This document shows, one piece after another, positions 48,476 to 59,240 of a stretch of DNA of 64,000 nucleotides; position 1 is the stretch's first letter; each line of letters opens with the position of its first letter. The position numbers were made by a program, and so were the translations under genes. The DNA is taken from the IMG/VR virus record IMGVR_UViG_3300014656_001812. One strand, written 5' to 3'. Origin of the DNA: an uncultured virus (IMG/VR IMGVR_UViG_3300014656_001812) (lineage: Duplodnaviria > Heunggongvirae > Uroviricota > Caudoviricetes). Below the pieces are notes generated by a model that ran no database searches, had not been told where the DNA came from, and saw nothing but the letters and a program-made list of their open reading frames with translations.

Positions 48476-51400
48476 TTAATATACAATAATACCAATGATT
48501 TTCTTATAATTACCAGACCAAGTCTTGGTATACTTATTGGATGCGAGATATTCTCTTCTGGCGACAAGCCCATCTCCTGTATTCCCTTCAATAGTAGATA
48601 TAATACCAGGAGTAGAATATTCAGCTATTCCGATATGATAGCCACTGTTTGATGCTGTAGTTCTAAAAATAACTATGGCACCACGAGGGACATTCTGAAC
48701 ATACTCTATAGGAACCCATCTACCAGCAGATTCAGCACTGGTCTTATATGGGATAGGACTAGCACTATGAGGTAATCCAGTACTGCCTACTGTCTCTTCT
48801 GCCTTGACAATGCACCACGAAACGAATGCCGCGCACCAGGCATAACCAGTCCCAAGACCAGTAGTAGCAAGATAAGCAGTAACCGCATCTCCTGTATTGT
48901 TTGGCCCTTCTTTGACACCAACTTGAGACTGGGCCATCTCTAATACGGCCGTCATTGCTGGAGTTCCCTCCACAATAGTAGGTATACCCTTAAGGTTAGT
49001 ATCCCCTGAAGTACTCGGAAATACCATTCCTGCTGAACCAGCCGAACCAGTTGGTCTGTCCTTCGCAGTAGATGTAGCAGCCATCCCCGCGCACATCGTC
49101 TTCACAATATTAGGACCATAACTAACGCTATCAAATCTCTCTATAGTAGAGGTATCTGCGAAGAAGAAGAAAGATAAGACATCAAGGACGCCTTTGGTAG
49201 ATTTACTAGCCTTTGTAGTGACGGGCTCACCTACCACCGAACCGCCGTGTCCATCTATCCCAGCAGAAAATTCGCCACAATTTAGGAGCATTGGATACAT
49301 AGAGATACATCGCGTGGCGGTGAGTTTACTGATAATTTTACCTAAGATACCAGTAACACCAAGGCCAAGAACAGTGAGCACTACTCCCACAGGATTGAGT
49401 TGTCCAAGCGTCCGCGCCGACTTAAATGCATTTACAACACCCTTACCTGTGCCTGCTAGTCCTCTACCTAAAGGAATTCCAACCTTTGCTAGTCCTTCGG
49501 CGGCCTTCACTTCTTTCCATAGCCCAACAATTTTAGGTCCCGCTGTCCACATACTCTTAACTACCCCAACAGTTCCCTTGCCCATTCTATACGATACGGA
49601 ACTATTAAGTGGATGTAATGAAGCGCCTGTCTCTGTAGCAAGACTCTTGAAAATACTTGCCATTGTCCATTTAGGCCATATCTTCGCGACTCCAAGGTCA
49701 ATGCCGATACCTCCTCCTAGTCCTGCTAGTCCTTTATAACCAGTCCCGTGAGGATTCCCAGTAGCATATTTGGCAACAGAAGCAAGGATTCCTGTTAACG
49801 CATTATTAGTCACTTGCGCCGCGGTCGTCGTCACCTCATTATCAGCCATTATCCTTGTTCCCATTGCGAATAACAGAGAAATCAAAGGGAACGCATAAGG
49901 GTCAAATGCCTGCGTCATCAGGTTAGGCTTCACAGCAGTATGCATACCAAGGTCAGCGGAGAAGATGTGTGTGACGCGCCCAACCTCAAAGAGACCTGTC
50001 ATTCCTGTATCTGGATCGTTCAAGAGACCAAGGTCGAATGGCTGTATAGACGTATCCCCAATAATAGATATCTGTCCTTGATACATCTCTCGCATATGAT
50101 CACGTAACGCACCGATGGCAACCATAATCATATCGTCCCAGTTCCAATGGAAGGCGACATTTGCTACTAGCCCACCAAACATATTCTCCCAAGCATTAGT
50201 CCTGATACCAGTCTCAAGGATGGTAATCTTTTGTTCCGCTGGCACTATCCCAGCGTCAACATAGACTCTCTGATCTCCCTTTGACTTACCCACACTGGAG
50301 AGAGGAGTAATTACATTAAATAGATAGCGCGACGACGCCACTACAGAGTTCATTACAATATTATGATCAGCAAAGATATGGGCCTGCATAAAGGGCTTCC
50401 ACCGCGCACATATCTTGTTGAATTCCCGCTCTTCTTTTGGCACCCTCATCTGAGAGTAAGAAGCAGTATCTGGATCATCTGGAGTCAAAAGCCCAGCAAA
50501 CCACGACTCTGTAGTAGAAGGCAGGGTATTAGGATCTGGAGTATAGGTTTGCTCACGAGGAACACCAGGATTAAAGTATTCATAACAATGTTCGTATCTT
50601 GCTAGACCATAGAAGAGAGTAGACCGATTCTCAAATGGCCGCGCGGCTACGATATAATCAGGCGTTGACCATTGATATGTCTTCAGAACATCCCAGACAC
50701 TCTTATCAAATATATTCTCTGGCCTATAGTTTATCTCTTGTGCTACCTTACCAGCATGCGCCGCCCCTGGTGCAGCTTGGGCAGCAATGACAGGGAGGGC
50801 TGCGAAGGCGGAGGGATCGGTTGTGGAAGGAGCAGCAGCATCGACATCAGCAGGACTAGTCAGAGTAAGATTAATTGGATCATAGATATTGATGAAGATT
50901 TCCCCATATTTGCCAAGAGTCTTGATTCTGTCTTCTGGCACACAGAATGGTCGCCAGCCAGCAGCCATATTAAACCCTGGTTCGTCTGGGAAATCACCTC
51001 CAACATCTTTTGTAGTTCTTAGAGCATCATCTACAATTTTCTGACGCAAATTAGCAAGGTCTTTTGCTTCCTGAGAATCGCGAGGAACCCATAACGTTGA
51101 CAATCGGTTAGTATCAGGAAAAGTCCCAACATCCATATAGGTACCATATGCTGTGCCATAGACACTTGGATCAAAATGATATCTCTCATAGACATAATAC
51201 GTTAGTTTCTCCCCAAGACTAATGGTAGGAAGACCAAATTCAAGGACCGTAATCCTATGAGACATCCCTTGGTGCTGACCAGTATATGTTTTATCTTCAT
51301 AAGTTGCTACGGGCGTTCCGTGTTCTAGGGCCCACAAAGCAAAATATTTTCTTATCTCATCTTGGGTAGCAGTTAGTGTGTTATCTAATCGTAGAGTGCC

Positions 51401-54400
51401 GTATCTTGTATCTGACCTTTTAATCAACGTCGGCCATAAGCTTGGATCATCTAATGGCTTATTTGTTTGCCAATGTACACTCACCCCGTCTAGAAAAGCC
51501 AACCAGGCCTGATTAACATTTATATTGCGGGAACGACTAAAGTTTTCTACTATGGCACCTATTTCATGGTCTCCAAATGATACCAGGGCCTTCGTCTCTT
51601 CTTGCTTCCTATATGTAGCTCTTGCTTCAGCAAGAGAGCTTTCACCTTTGGCAGCGCTTAATCCAAAATGTTGTATACCAAATGGATTATCATAACTTTG
51701 ACGAGGATATGCTCCAGCAGCTAATTGACCTATTAAACCCAATCCGCCGCGCGTATTGAAAATTAAATCCCATACATTTAGAGTATCTTTGGTAACGGGA
51801 TTAATAGAATCAAGATCTACTTCTTCGCTCATCTTGATGCTATCATTCATTTTATTCAGTAATTCTACAGTATCACTTTGACATATGACACGCAATTGCG
51901 CGCCGCCACCATTAACTTCAGTAACTTTACCACTGAATACAACTGGAAGGCGCTCTGGATTGGCGCCGTAGCCCATTGCTATTCTAATCCTATGCCCAGG
52001 CTTGAGGAATATACTATGAGATATATCATACGCAAATGTTTGCTCATCTGTGACCTTCTTTAATATCTCCTGAATATCCTTCCTTACCCATCCTTTACCA
52101 AATAGAGTACCAAAACTAATATGACTAATAATGTTGCCAAGTTCTGTCATAAAATCCTGTGAATACTTACCAACAAAGGACATATTGCTAGAATGCAATA
52201 TGCCTAGGTCGGCTATTGGATTCTGATAGTAGCCGTGAACATTAGAAAGGATAACCTCGGCGGTATCTTGACTCGTCGCGCCATCTCTATCAACATTGAT
52301 CCTGAGGATTCTATTCGCGCCATAGAAGTTATCAGATATTCTGTATCCAAAGTGGACGACGAACTCTTGAGCGATTATGAAGTGAAAGGCGGGGAACAAT
52401 TGGACTAACCTATTAGAGACATCGTATCTATTGTAATCAATGAAGTGTCGAGAGGCATCCTTATTCTGAAGACCAAAGGAAACCATAGTCTCCTTTTCTT
52501 CCTCGGTCTCTTTAACAAGAGAAGTCCTACCCGTCATAGTCATAATATTCTTATTGACCTCATCTGCGGTCATTTGCTCGGGGTCTGAACCCTCGCCGTA
52601 ATCTACCCTCGTCTCTCCTTCTTGTTCTCCTTCCTGTGGCATATCCTTTGGATCATATATTATATAGAAGTCAGGATCTACATATTCATCCTTATAGAAA
52701 TAGGTGAGAAGAGGCTCATAGCCAGGAGTATAGCCCGCCGCTTCAAGTTCGCTCCACAAGGGAAGAACTATATCGGGATAGTTAGAATGCTCTATTAGCC
52801 CTTCTCGAATCTTGAACCAACCTTTATTTATATCAATAACATCTTGAGAATTCCTGCCATCTAACATTGTAAGGTCAGTAAGACCTGTCCTCTCTCTATG
52901 AACTGGCTCATAGTCAAGTTCCTTTGGTATCGCGCGCACCTTCTGCTCTATGTCATATTCTACCAACTGAAGGTCTATCTCATAGAGATTAGGCTGTTCC
53001 TCAACTGAGCGCATAGTCATATTCGTGATGATGAACTCGCGCACCTTGAACAACTTAGAGAGATACTTGCATCTGAAGCCAACGAAGCCCATCATCAACT
53101 GCTTATCATAATTCTTTAGTATATACTGAGTTCCTTCATATATACTATAGAGCAATGCGATATCATCTTCATTAGTGGATCTGAATTTGACGCTGAATAC
53201 TACATCGCCGCTGCCAAGATGCTGATATACGGGACTGATGGTCTTCTTAGATTGTGTATGGACAGTAGCAAAGTTATTTTCCAGTGCCGCACCGAAGCCA
53301 ACCATATATGTATCAGGAAGAACATATGTCTCATAGTTCTGCCTATAGAACCATGGATCAACGAGGTCGGCAAAGCACTGCGGTAGATCTCCCTCTTTTA
53401 TTTGATCCAGCATTGTGGCGGTGCTATATACAGAAATCAATGCGCCAAGTAATCCACCGAGGTTATTGGTAAGAGCAGTAGGCGGTAATGCAAAGCTTAT
53501 ATCTCTCAATACAGTCTGACAGAATCGTCGCCATTGTTGAACTACATTAGGATCTTTTTCCTCTCTCTCTATATTTCTAATCAATTTCGCAAATGCACGC
53601 ACCCTTGCTGTTTCATCTGTAATAGCGGCGACGGTATTTATCCACGCATCCCAGCCAGGAAGCCCCCAGGGTTTAGCGAGCATTATGATGCCAGGTACAT
53701 TTGCTTCTATCTGTAGATTATTAACAAGATGAGGCCATCTATCTATTATATCTGCTAGTGCTTCTGGAGAGGATTCTAAATCTATCTCATCTTCCCACGC
53801 TCCGTGTGGGGTCTCTGCGGCTCGTAACTTATGTTCCTTTGCCCATTCTTCAGTAAAGCCATCTCTATATATACCATCTAAGAAATCCTTTATTGTTAGT
53901 AAATCTTCTGGGCCACTAAAGTCTGCGAAGATACTCTTATCATCATATAGTTCAACACCATTGATTGCTAAAGAATATGCATACTCGCGTTGCATCCTCA
54001 ATACTTCATTGAGTTCTTTTATAAATTCCTCTGGCACCACCTCAAAGACATAGTCCAGTTCAGCGGGCGGATCGAAACTATCTAATGATATAGGTTCCTC
54101 TACAACCTGTCCATCCTTGAAGCGCGTTCTTACATACTTAGAAGGAATAAAGTCTTCCAGATACCATCTATACATATCGTAGTCTATACTCATCGCCATA
54201 TTGGGATTGAATCCTATAGTATAGAAATCGAATGGCAATAGTTGTATGGCGCACATAAAGAGACCAGGGAAGTTAGGCACGGCGCTGACATTGATAGACT
54301 GCAGGGCAACATCTGTGATGCCCAAGGAACCATTTATGTATGTATTATTAATAGCAACAAATGGCGTATTCCTGAATTGACGCACCAGCATTTCCAGTTC

Positions 54401-55114
54401 TTCTATATTAAAGACTACAAAGTCTATCCTGAGGACATCACGAATATTGCCTCTATTGACCTTATCCGTCCCACGGTCGCGCAGGCGAGGATATGCTTTG
54501 AAATCTGTCTGCTTTATTATCTGTATAGAGGTAGGTAGGTAGTCTATATTACATAGGCCTATATTGAAGAATCGCTCAGCGAGGTCGTGACCCTTCTCGT
54601 GTTCTTTTTGTAGATGATCTACTAATGTTTTTGGTGCTGTTGGAGCAGGATCTACCATGGGCGTAGGTTGAGAAGAAGAAGGAAGCGATGCTAAAAGTTT
54701 TAACAGTTCCCTTGCCCATTTCTTAAGGATATCAATAACTCTTGGTTTTGTAGTATCTACTTTAGAAACATCTGTTGGAGCATTGTGCGTAGGACGAGGA
54801 AGACTACTAACTTTTGGAACATCTGCTGGTTCCCACCATATTTCCCATTCAAGAAGAGCTTTCTGGCAAGCGGCTTCCCAATCCATAACTGGAGCTCCCG
54901 GCGGGCTATGTCCCTGAAATCCAGGATATGTCCATTGAAGAGTCCCGGGATATTCCAAAGACTCTTCTAGAAAGGCTCCAGGAAACATATATTGATGAAC
55001 CAGGTGGGAAAAGTCAACCGTGCCGATTAGGAGAAGAAGCTTTTCCTTTTCTGCATCTGTTAAAATATCTGCTTCTGGTCTACTAAATCGAGGTGTAGAT
55101 TCAATGACTCCCAT
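48476..55114 (-). CDS. 2212-aa tail/baseplate hub protein with a C-terminal CHAP (NlpC/P60) peptidoglycan hydrolase
   Basis: LKPGHRIRIAMGYG...VFSGKVTEV resembles hub proteins; C-terminal AWCAAFVSWC, HIGI and TIEGNT. Confidence 0.82.
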   Translation of the reverse strand: MGVIESTPRFSRPEADILTDAEKEKLLLLIGTVDFSHLVHQYMFPGAFLEESLEYPGTLQWTYPGFQGHSPPGAPVMDWEAACQKALLEWEIWWEPADVPKVSSLPRPTHNAPTDVSKVDTTKPRVIDILKKWARELLKLLASLPSSSQPTPMVDPAPTAPKTLVDHLQKEHEKGHDLAERFFNIGLCNIDYLPTSIQIIKQTDFKAYPRLRDRGTDKVNRGNIRDVLRIDFVVFNIEELEMLVRQFRNTPFVAINNTYINGSLGITDVALQSINVSAVPNFPGLFMCAIQLLPFDFYTIGFNPNMAMSIDYDMYRWYLEDFIPSKYVRTRFKDGQVVEEPISLDSFDPPAELDYVFEVVPEEFIKELNEVLRMQREYAYSLAINGVELYDDKSIFADFSGPEDLLTIKDFLDGIYRDGFTEEWAKEHKLRAAETPHGAWEDEIDLESSPEALADIIDRWPHLVNNLQIEANVPGIIMLAKPWGLPGWDAWINTVAAITDETARVRAFAKLIRNIEREEKDPNVVQQWRRFCQTVLRDISFALPPTALTNNLGGLLGALISVYSTATMLDQIKEGDLPQCFADLVDPWFYRQNYETYVLPDTYMVGFGAALENNFATVHTQSKKTISPVYQHLGSGDVVFSVKFRSTNEDDIALLYSIYEGTQYILKNYDKQLMMGFVGFRCKYLSKLFKVREFIITNMTMRSVEEQPNLYEIDLQLVEYDIEQKVRAIPKELDYEPVHRERTGLTDLTMLDGRNSQDVIDINKGWFKIREGLIEHSNYPDIVLPLWSELEAAGYTPGYEPLLTYFYKDEYVDPDFYIIYDPKDMPQEGEQEGETRVDYGEGSDPEQMTADEVNKNIMTMTGRTSLVKETEEEKETMVSFGLQNKDASRHFIDYNRYDVSNRLVQLFPAFHFIIAQEFVVHFGYRISDNFYGANRILRINVDRDGATSQDTAEVILSNVHGYYQNPIADLGILHSSNMSFVGKYSQDFMTELGNIISHISFGTLFGKGWVRKDIQEILKKVTDEQTFAYDISHSIFLKPGHRIRIAMGYGANPERLPVVFSGKVTEVNGGGAQLRVICQSDTVELLNKMNDSIKMSEEVDLDSINPVTKDTLNVWDLIFNTRGGLGLIGQLAAGAYPRQSYDNPFGIQHFGLSAAKGESSLAEARATYRKQEETKALVSFGDHEIGAIVENFSRSRNINVNQAWLAFLDGVSVHWQTNKPLDDPSLWPTLIKRSDTRYGTLRLDNTLTATQDEIRKYFALWALEHGTPVATYEDKTYTGQHQGMSHRITVLEFGLPTISLGEKLTYYVYERYHFDPSVYGTAYGTYMDVGTFPDTNRLSTLWVPRDSQEAKDLANLRQKIVDDALRTTKDVGGDFPDEPGFNMAAGWRPFCVPEDRIKTLGKYGEIFINIYDPINLTLTSPADVDAAAPSTTDPSAFAALPVIAAQAAPGAAHAGKVAQEINYRPENIFDKSVWDVLKTYQWSTPDYIVAARPFENRSTLFYGLARYEHCYEYFNPGVPREQTYTPDPNTLPSTTESWFAGLLTPDDPDTASYSQMRVPKEEREFNKICARWKPFMQAHIFADHNIVMNSVVASSRYLFNVITPLSSVGKSKGDQRVYVDAGIVPAEQKITILETGIRTNAWENMFGGLVANVAFHWNWDDMIMVAIGALRDHMREMYQGQISIIGDTSIQPFDLGLLNDPDTGMTGLFEVGRVTHIFSADLGMHTAVKPNLMTQAFDPYAFPLISLLFAMGTRIMADNEVTTTAAQVTNNALTGILASVAKYATGNPHGTGYKGLAGLGGGIGIDLGVAKIWPKWTMASIFKSLATETGASLHPLNSSVSYRMGKGTVGVVKSMWTAGPKIVGLWKEVKAAEGLAKVGIPLGRGLAGTGKGVVNAFKSARTLGQLNPVGVVLTVLGLGVTGILGKIISKLTATRCISMYPMLLNCGEFSAGIDGHGGSVVGEPVTTKASKSTKGVLDVLSFFFFADTSTIERFDSVSYGPNIVKTMCAGMAATSTAKDRPTGSAGSAGMVFPSTSGDTNLKGIPTIVEGTPAMTAVLEMAQSQVGVKEGPNNTGDAVTAYLATTGLGTGYAWCAAFVSWCIVKAEETVGSTGLPHSASPIPYKTSAESAGRWVPIEYVQNVPRGAIVIFRTTASNSGYHIGIAEYSTPGIISTIEGNTGDGLVARREYLASNKYTKTWSGNYKKIIGIIVY

Positions 55115-55127
55115 TATTAATCTCCAT

Positions 55128-58100
55128 TTACAAAGCTGACTTTAATGTATCTCGTAGTGAATACTCATCTATATATGTTCTCTGATTAATAGAGGTATTA
55201 TATCTATATGCTTCTGCGCGTGGAGGCTGTGGCTCCAATAAAGACGCTCTCTTCCTTCTCAATGGCTTAAAGTATCCACTACCTTCCTTGCTAGCATATA
55301 TAGTTACCAACCCTTTGGGATGTCTAGCGACGGCGCCACCCTTTGCTAACATTTGACCAGCGTGTCCGCCGATGCCTGTCATTACATACCTAAGATAACC
55401 CCTTTCTGTATCTACATCCATAGAGTCATACTTTTGTACTCGTGGATCTTCTAATCCAACACTGGTATAATAGTCTCTCAGTAGCGCATTCTCTTGTCGT
55501 TGCTCGCCCTTATGAGCAAGGTCTTTCATTCCTACCATTTCTGCGGTATTAAATAATAATGCTCCACCAAGCAACGCGGCACCAGCAAACAAGACATTAC
55601 GATTACTCATTACATCTTTCAGGAGACTACCGTGCGCGAGATCCCGTATATTAGATTTGAATGGAGTGACGACACGCGGTGCTGGGTTAAGCATCTTATA
55701 AAACATATCATCAATGACGTCATTCTGAGCCATAATGAGGTCGAATGTCTCTTGGTGGGTCTTACGAAGCATGGTTGAAAGTTCTGCTACTTTCTTGGCA
55801 GTCCCTGGATCCGCCCCTTGTAAGGCCTTATAATCACGAGCATCTACTCTATCTATAATGGCCTTAAGTATTTCATTAGGACGCTCATCCCCTGTAACTC
55901 CCATGGTCCGTATATATGCCGCAGCCTCTTGGGTCATCGTCCCCTGAGTAATAAATTCTTGTATAGATAAAGGTAGTCCTTCTATATTGGTCATACCCAT
56001 CGGTCCAACGGCCTCGGACTTACTAATCTGAAAGACACCAAAAGCTTCCACTACCCGAGGAGAGAACTTGCCAAGAGCACCAGACATAGAAGGAACAGTA
56101 GCCCCTCCCTTTTTCATCGTGTCTTCTACAACTTCAAGATTCCGAGCTATATGAGCAAAATTTAATACGACGGTTCCTTGTTCCATTTTTGTACGTAAAG
56201 CATCTTCTACTTGTGCACGAATAATAGGATCTTTTAGCCCGCGCGTCGCCATAAGGCTATCTATGAGATTATCCGTAAATTCTTCTGCTCCTGGTGCAGC
56301 CTTGCCAAGAATTTTTTGCTGAGCAGATACTTTTAGCCACCCGTGCACACCATGTTTTTCCCCAACGGGATATTCAATACCAAGCATCGGCTTCTTTCCT
56401 AGCCCTCCTGGTATAAGTTTAAAACTCACTATGTCATCGGCGGGACGAAGGGCAGAACCTGTAGTTCCCATTCCTACATCGGCTGGCTTCTTGAATGCAC
56501 TCACTGCCTCCTGAATACGCTTTTGTCTTTCTACAATATTACCTTCAGTCTCGGCTAATATTATCTGAACTTTCTTAGCCTCCTCCTCTGTTAAATTCAG
56601 AGTATCTGACATTAGTTTATTCTTAGAAGGAATGATAAAGGCATATTCAGAGTCGGCAAATGTTACAGGAAAATCTGAGCCCCTTTTCTTCAGTTCATTG
56701 GCCAATACTTCATCTACATTAATCATAGTAAATTGTTCTTTTGTCCATTGTAGATACAGCGCATGATCGCGGGAATTCACCTTCGCGCCCATCATCGTCA
56801 AATGATTCGCAACGTCAAGGGCAAAGGACTCATTAGTAGCAGTATTGAGATGCCTATATAGCGCGACACCCTTCTCTGGTATAGAAGCATTGACGCCACC
56901 ATACAATGGCGAGCCAGGCATAGTGTCCCGTAGCCTTTTCACTTCCTGCCGTAGACCCGTCATTATGTCTCTATTCTGTTCTCCTATCATTGTGTTGGTA
57001 AGTTCAGTTAAGGACATCGTATTCATTGTTGCTTGGCCATCAATCATCTTGACTATAGGATTACCAGTAGCATCTTTTAATTGGCGCGCATAGCGATTGA
57101 TAGTATCAAGATACTCATTGTGCGCTCCTCTAAGGAACTCTAAGTTCCCTATCATATCTCTCTTCCGCCTAGACACGGGAAGATATACCATTGTAGAGCC
57201 AGGCTCTTTGAACTCGGGCGAGAAGGCCTCTATTATCTGTTTTACCTGCCATTGAGAAAACTTAGACTTCTCTCCTGTCTCTGAAGGCCTTAGGAGATCG
57301 TCTATAAATTCAGATATAGTTCTATGTTGATACTTGTATGTGCCAGGCTTTTCCTGAGGAATATAACGCCCATATCTAATATCCTGTCCTTCTATCCATT
57401 TCTGGTGTAGATACGCTCTAAGTTCTTCCTTCTCCTCCTTTCCAAGTTTCTCCATAGGCGTGAATAGCCAAGGCTTGGCCTCCTCACTTGTTAGCCTAGG
57501 CACCCCTAAGTCTATAGGAGTTATGGCCTCTTTAGCCTTTTGCACCTGCTGACTAAGGATTCTTTCTAGGTATCCAGGAGGAGTAGCCGTCTCTCCTTTT
57601 TCATACATACGCGCGCGCTTCAGGGCAATATATATATCCAATTCCTCTAAATTCTTTTGACCCCTGACAATATCATATCCCTTTCTGTTCAGTGTACGAA
57701 GCCCGCCTTTCTCAACCATAAGCCTAGACAGTATTGGAAGATGTTCCTTGAGTTCCTTTGGAAGATACTTCCATCCAGCATCATTGTTTTCATTAAGGAT
57801 GCGTATTATTGCCTCGGCATTATCATTGCCATTCATCATCATATCTGTCCATAATGTAATGGCTTCTTTATGAGGAAACTGCATCATCCTTGGCTTCGCG
57901 GCATCTATGGCCATCTGGTTCATAGCGTGAATGACCATATCAGTCTTGGCCTTGAACCGCGCTGGATCGCCTATCTTATCCAGACCTTGACCAAAGAATA
58001 AGACCTCATTATAGGCATCCATTAGATTTCTAATTGTGCCTGCCTCTTGCATTAATAACTTTGACTGATCTCGCTGAACTATCCTAGCATATACCTGATC

Positions 58101-59240
58101 ATAATTCAAGAGCTCAACTGGTGTATTAGTCATCAAAGGCTGCTTGAGGATTGTGTCTGTGGGTATATCCTTTAGCCACGATTTCTTCACGTGCGCCATT
58201 TCCCAGAAGATAGCCTGCTCATTCTGATACAATTGTCCAGTATCTTTATGTGTTAATGTTTTAAGATTGATATGATTAAGTTGGTTCTGGATTTCTTCCA
58301 TATTGATATCATCAAGTCTACCAAAAGCGCGGGTAATCAGCATCCTGCGATGATACTCAAGCCATTCATCGGCGCCCGTAATACCTTTATGCCGAGCAAA
58401 TGCGAGCGTCTGCTTTGCTAGACTCGTTAAATTATGAGCTTCTGCACTAAAAGCAAATGACTTTGTTATATCAGCATCCCAGTCCATATTCATCAGAGTA
58501 TATTGAATTGGATTGACATAGGCAGACATCTTCGCGGCGGTATTATCCGCTATCATCCAGACGCTCTCATAGGCATTTGGTGTTCTAAGGCTCATTCCTG
58601 GAATAACTTGGAATCCTGACTGGCCCTCTGATTGTATCATTAACTTCTTAAATTTCAAGTCTTTAGAGAGTTCCTTATTCATAGATTCCATTATGTCAGG
58701 ACTAACGAACATTATATTAGCATCGGCAAGAAGACGACTATCGCGCGCCCACTGCGGAAAATCAGTCTCTGATAATGTATTATGAACAGCATCCATAATC
58801 TTCTTTTGCATATCAGAAGACATAGCATAATGGCGGCTCTCAAATGGTCTCATATGCAACTGCATACCTGGAGCGCCAGGAGATATTATTTTCTTCGCCG
58901 ACTTAACGAAGTCATCTATCTCCGCCTTCTTCAGCCTTTGCATAAAACTACTATCAATTTTCTGTCCAGTTAGAGCGGCCGCCGCCGCGCGAACACCATA
59001 TGAAGAAGACTCTTTTAAATTAATCGTCCCATCATCTTTCTGCCACCAATGAAGACTAAACAGATGCCTTTTGCCAAATATATCTTCATATCCAAATAGC
59101 ATAGGAAAGGAAGACTTATGATGCATCATTATAGCATCTATTCTCTCGCGATAGGTGCGGAGATCCTTGACATTATGAGCAACAGCCTGCCCAAGGTGGA
59201 CAATCTCTGTCTGAAGCTGAAGAATATCAAGACCTACCAT
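55128..59240 (-). CDS. large protein with an RNA polymerase beta-prime-like catalytic motif (putative virion RNAP subunit)
   Basis: SLRTP...YVNPIQYTLMNMDWDAD parallels R.P...NP......NADFDGD of two-barrel polymerases. Confidence 0.62.
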   Translation of the reverse strand: MVGLDILQLQTEIVHLGQAVAHNVKDLRTYRERIDAIMMHHKSSFPMLFGYEDIFGKRHLFSLHWWQKDDGTINLKESSSYGVRAAAAALTGQKIDSSFMQRLKKAEIDDFVKSAKKIISPGAPGMQLHMRPFESRHYAMSSDMQKKIMDAVHNTLSETDFPQWARDSRLLADANIMFVSPDIMESMNKELSKDLKFKKLMIQSEGQSGFQVIPGMSLRTPNAYESVWMIADNTAAKMSAYVNPIQYTLMNMDWDADITKSFAFSAEAHNLTSLAKQTLAFARHKGITGADEWLEYHRRMLITRAFGRLDDINMEEIQNQLNHINLKTLTHKDTGQLYQNEQAIFWEMAHVKKSWLKDIPTDTILKQPLMTNTPVELLNYDQVYARIVQRDQSKLLMQEAGTIRNLMDAYNEVLFFGQGLDKIGDPARFKAKTDMVIHAMNQMAIDAAKPRMMQFPHKEAITLWTDMMMNGNDNAEAIIRILNENNDAGWKYLPKELKEHLPILSRLMVEKGGLRTLNRKGYDIVRGQKNLEELDIYIALKRARMYEKGETATPPGYLERILSQQVQKAKEAITPIDLGVPRLTSEEAKPWLFTPMEKLGKEEKEELRAYLHQKWIEGQDIRYGRYIPQEKPGTYKYQHRTISEFIDDLLRPSETGEKSKFSQWQVKQIIEAFSPEFKEPGSTMVYLPVSRRKRDMIGNLEFLRGAHNEYLDTINRYARQLKDATGNPIVKMIDGQATMNTMSLTELTNTMIGEQNRDIMTGLRQEVKRLRDTMPGSPLYGGVNASIPEKGVALYRHLNTATNESFALDVANHLTMMGAKVNSRDHALYLQWTKEQFTMINVDEVLANELKKRGSDFPVTFADSEYAFIIPSKNKLMSDTLNLTEEEAKKVQIILAETEGNIVERQKRIQEAVSAFKKPADVGMGTTGSALRPADDIVSFKLIPGGLGKKPMLGIEYPVGEKHGVHGWLKVSAQQKILGKAAPGAEEFTDNLIDSLMATRGLKDPIIRAQVEDALRTKMEQGTVVLNFAHIARNLEVVEDTMKKGGATVPSMSGALGKFSPRVVEAFGVFQISKSEAVGPMGMTNIEGLPLSIQEFITQGTMTQEAAAYIRTMGVTGDERPNEILKAIIDRVDARDYKALQGADPGTAKKVAELSTMLRKTHQETFDLIMAQNDVIDDMFYKMLNPAPRVVTPFKSNIRDLAHGSLLKDVMSNRNVLFAGAALLGGALLFNTAEMVGMKDLAHKGEQRQENALLRDYYTSVGLEDPRVQKYDSMDVDTERGYLRYVMTGIGGHAGQMLAKGGAVARHPKGLVTIYASKEGSGYFKPLRRKRASLLEPQPPRAEAYRYNTSINQRTYIDEYSLRDTLKSAL

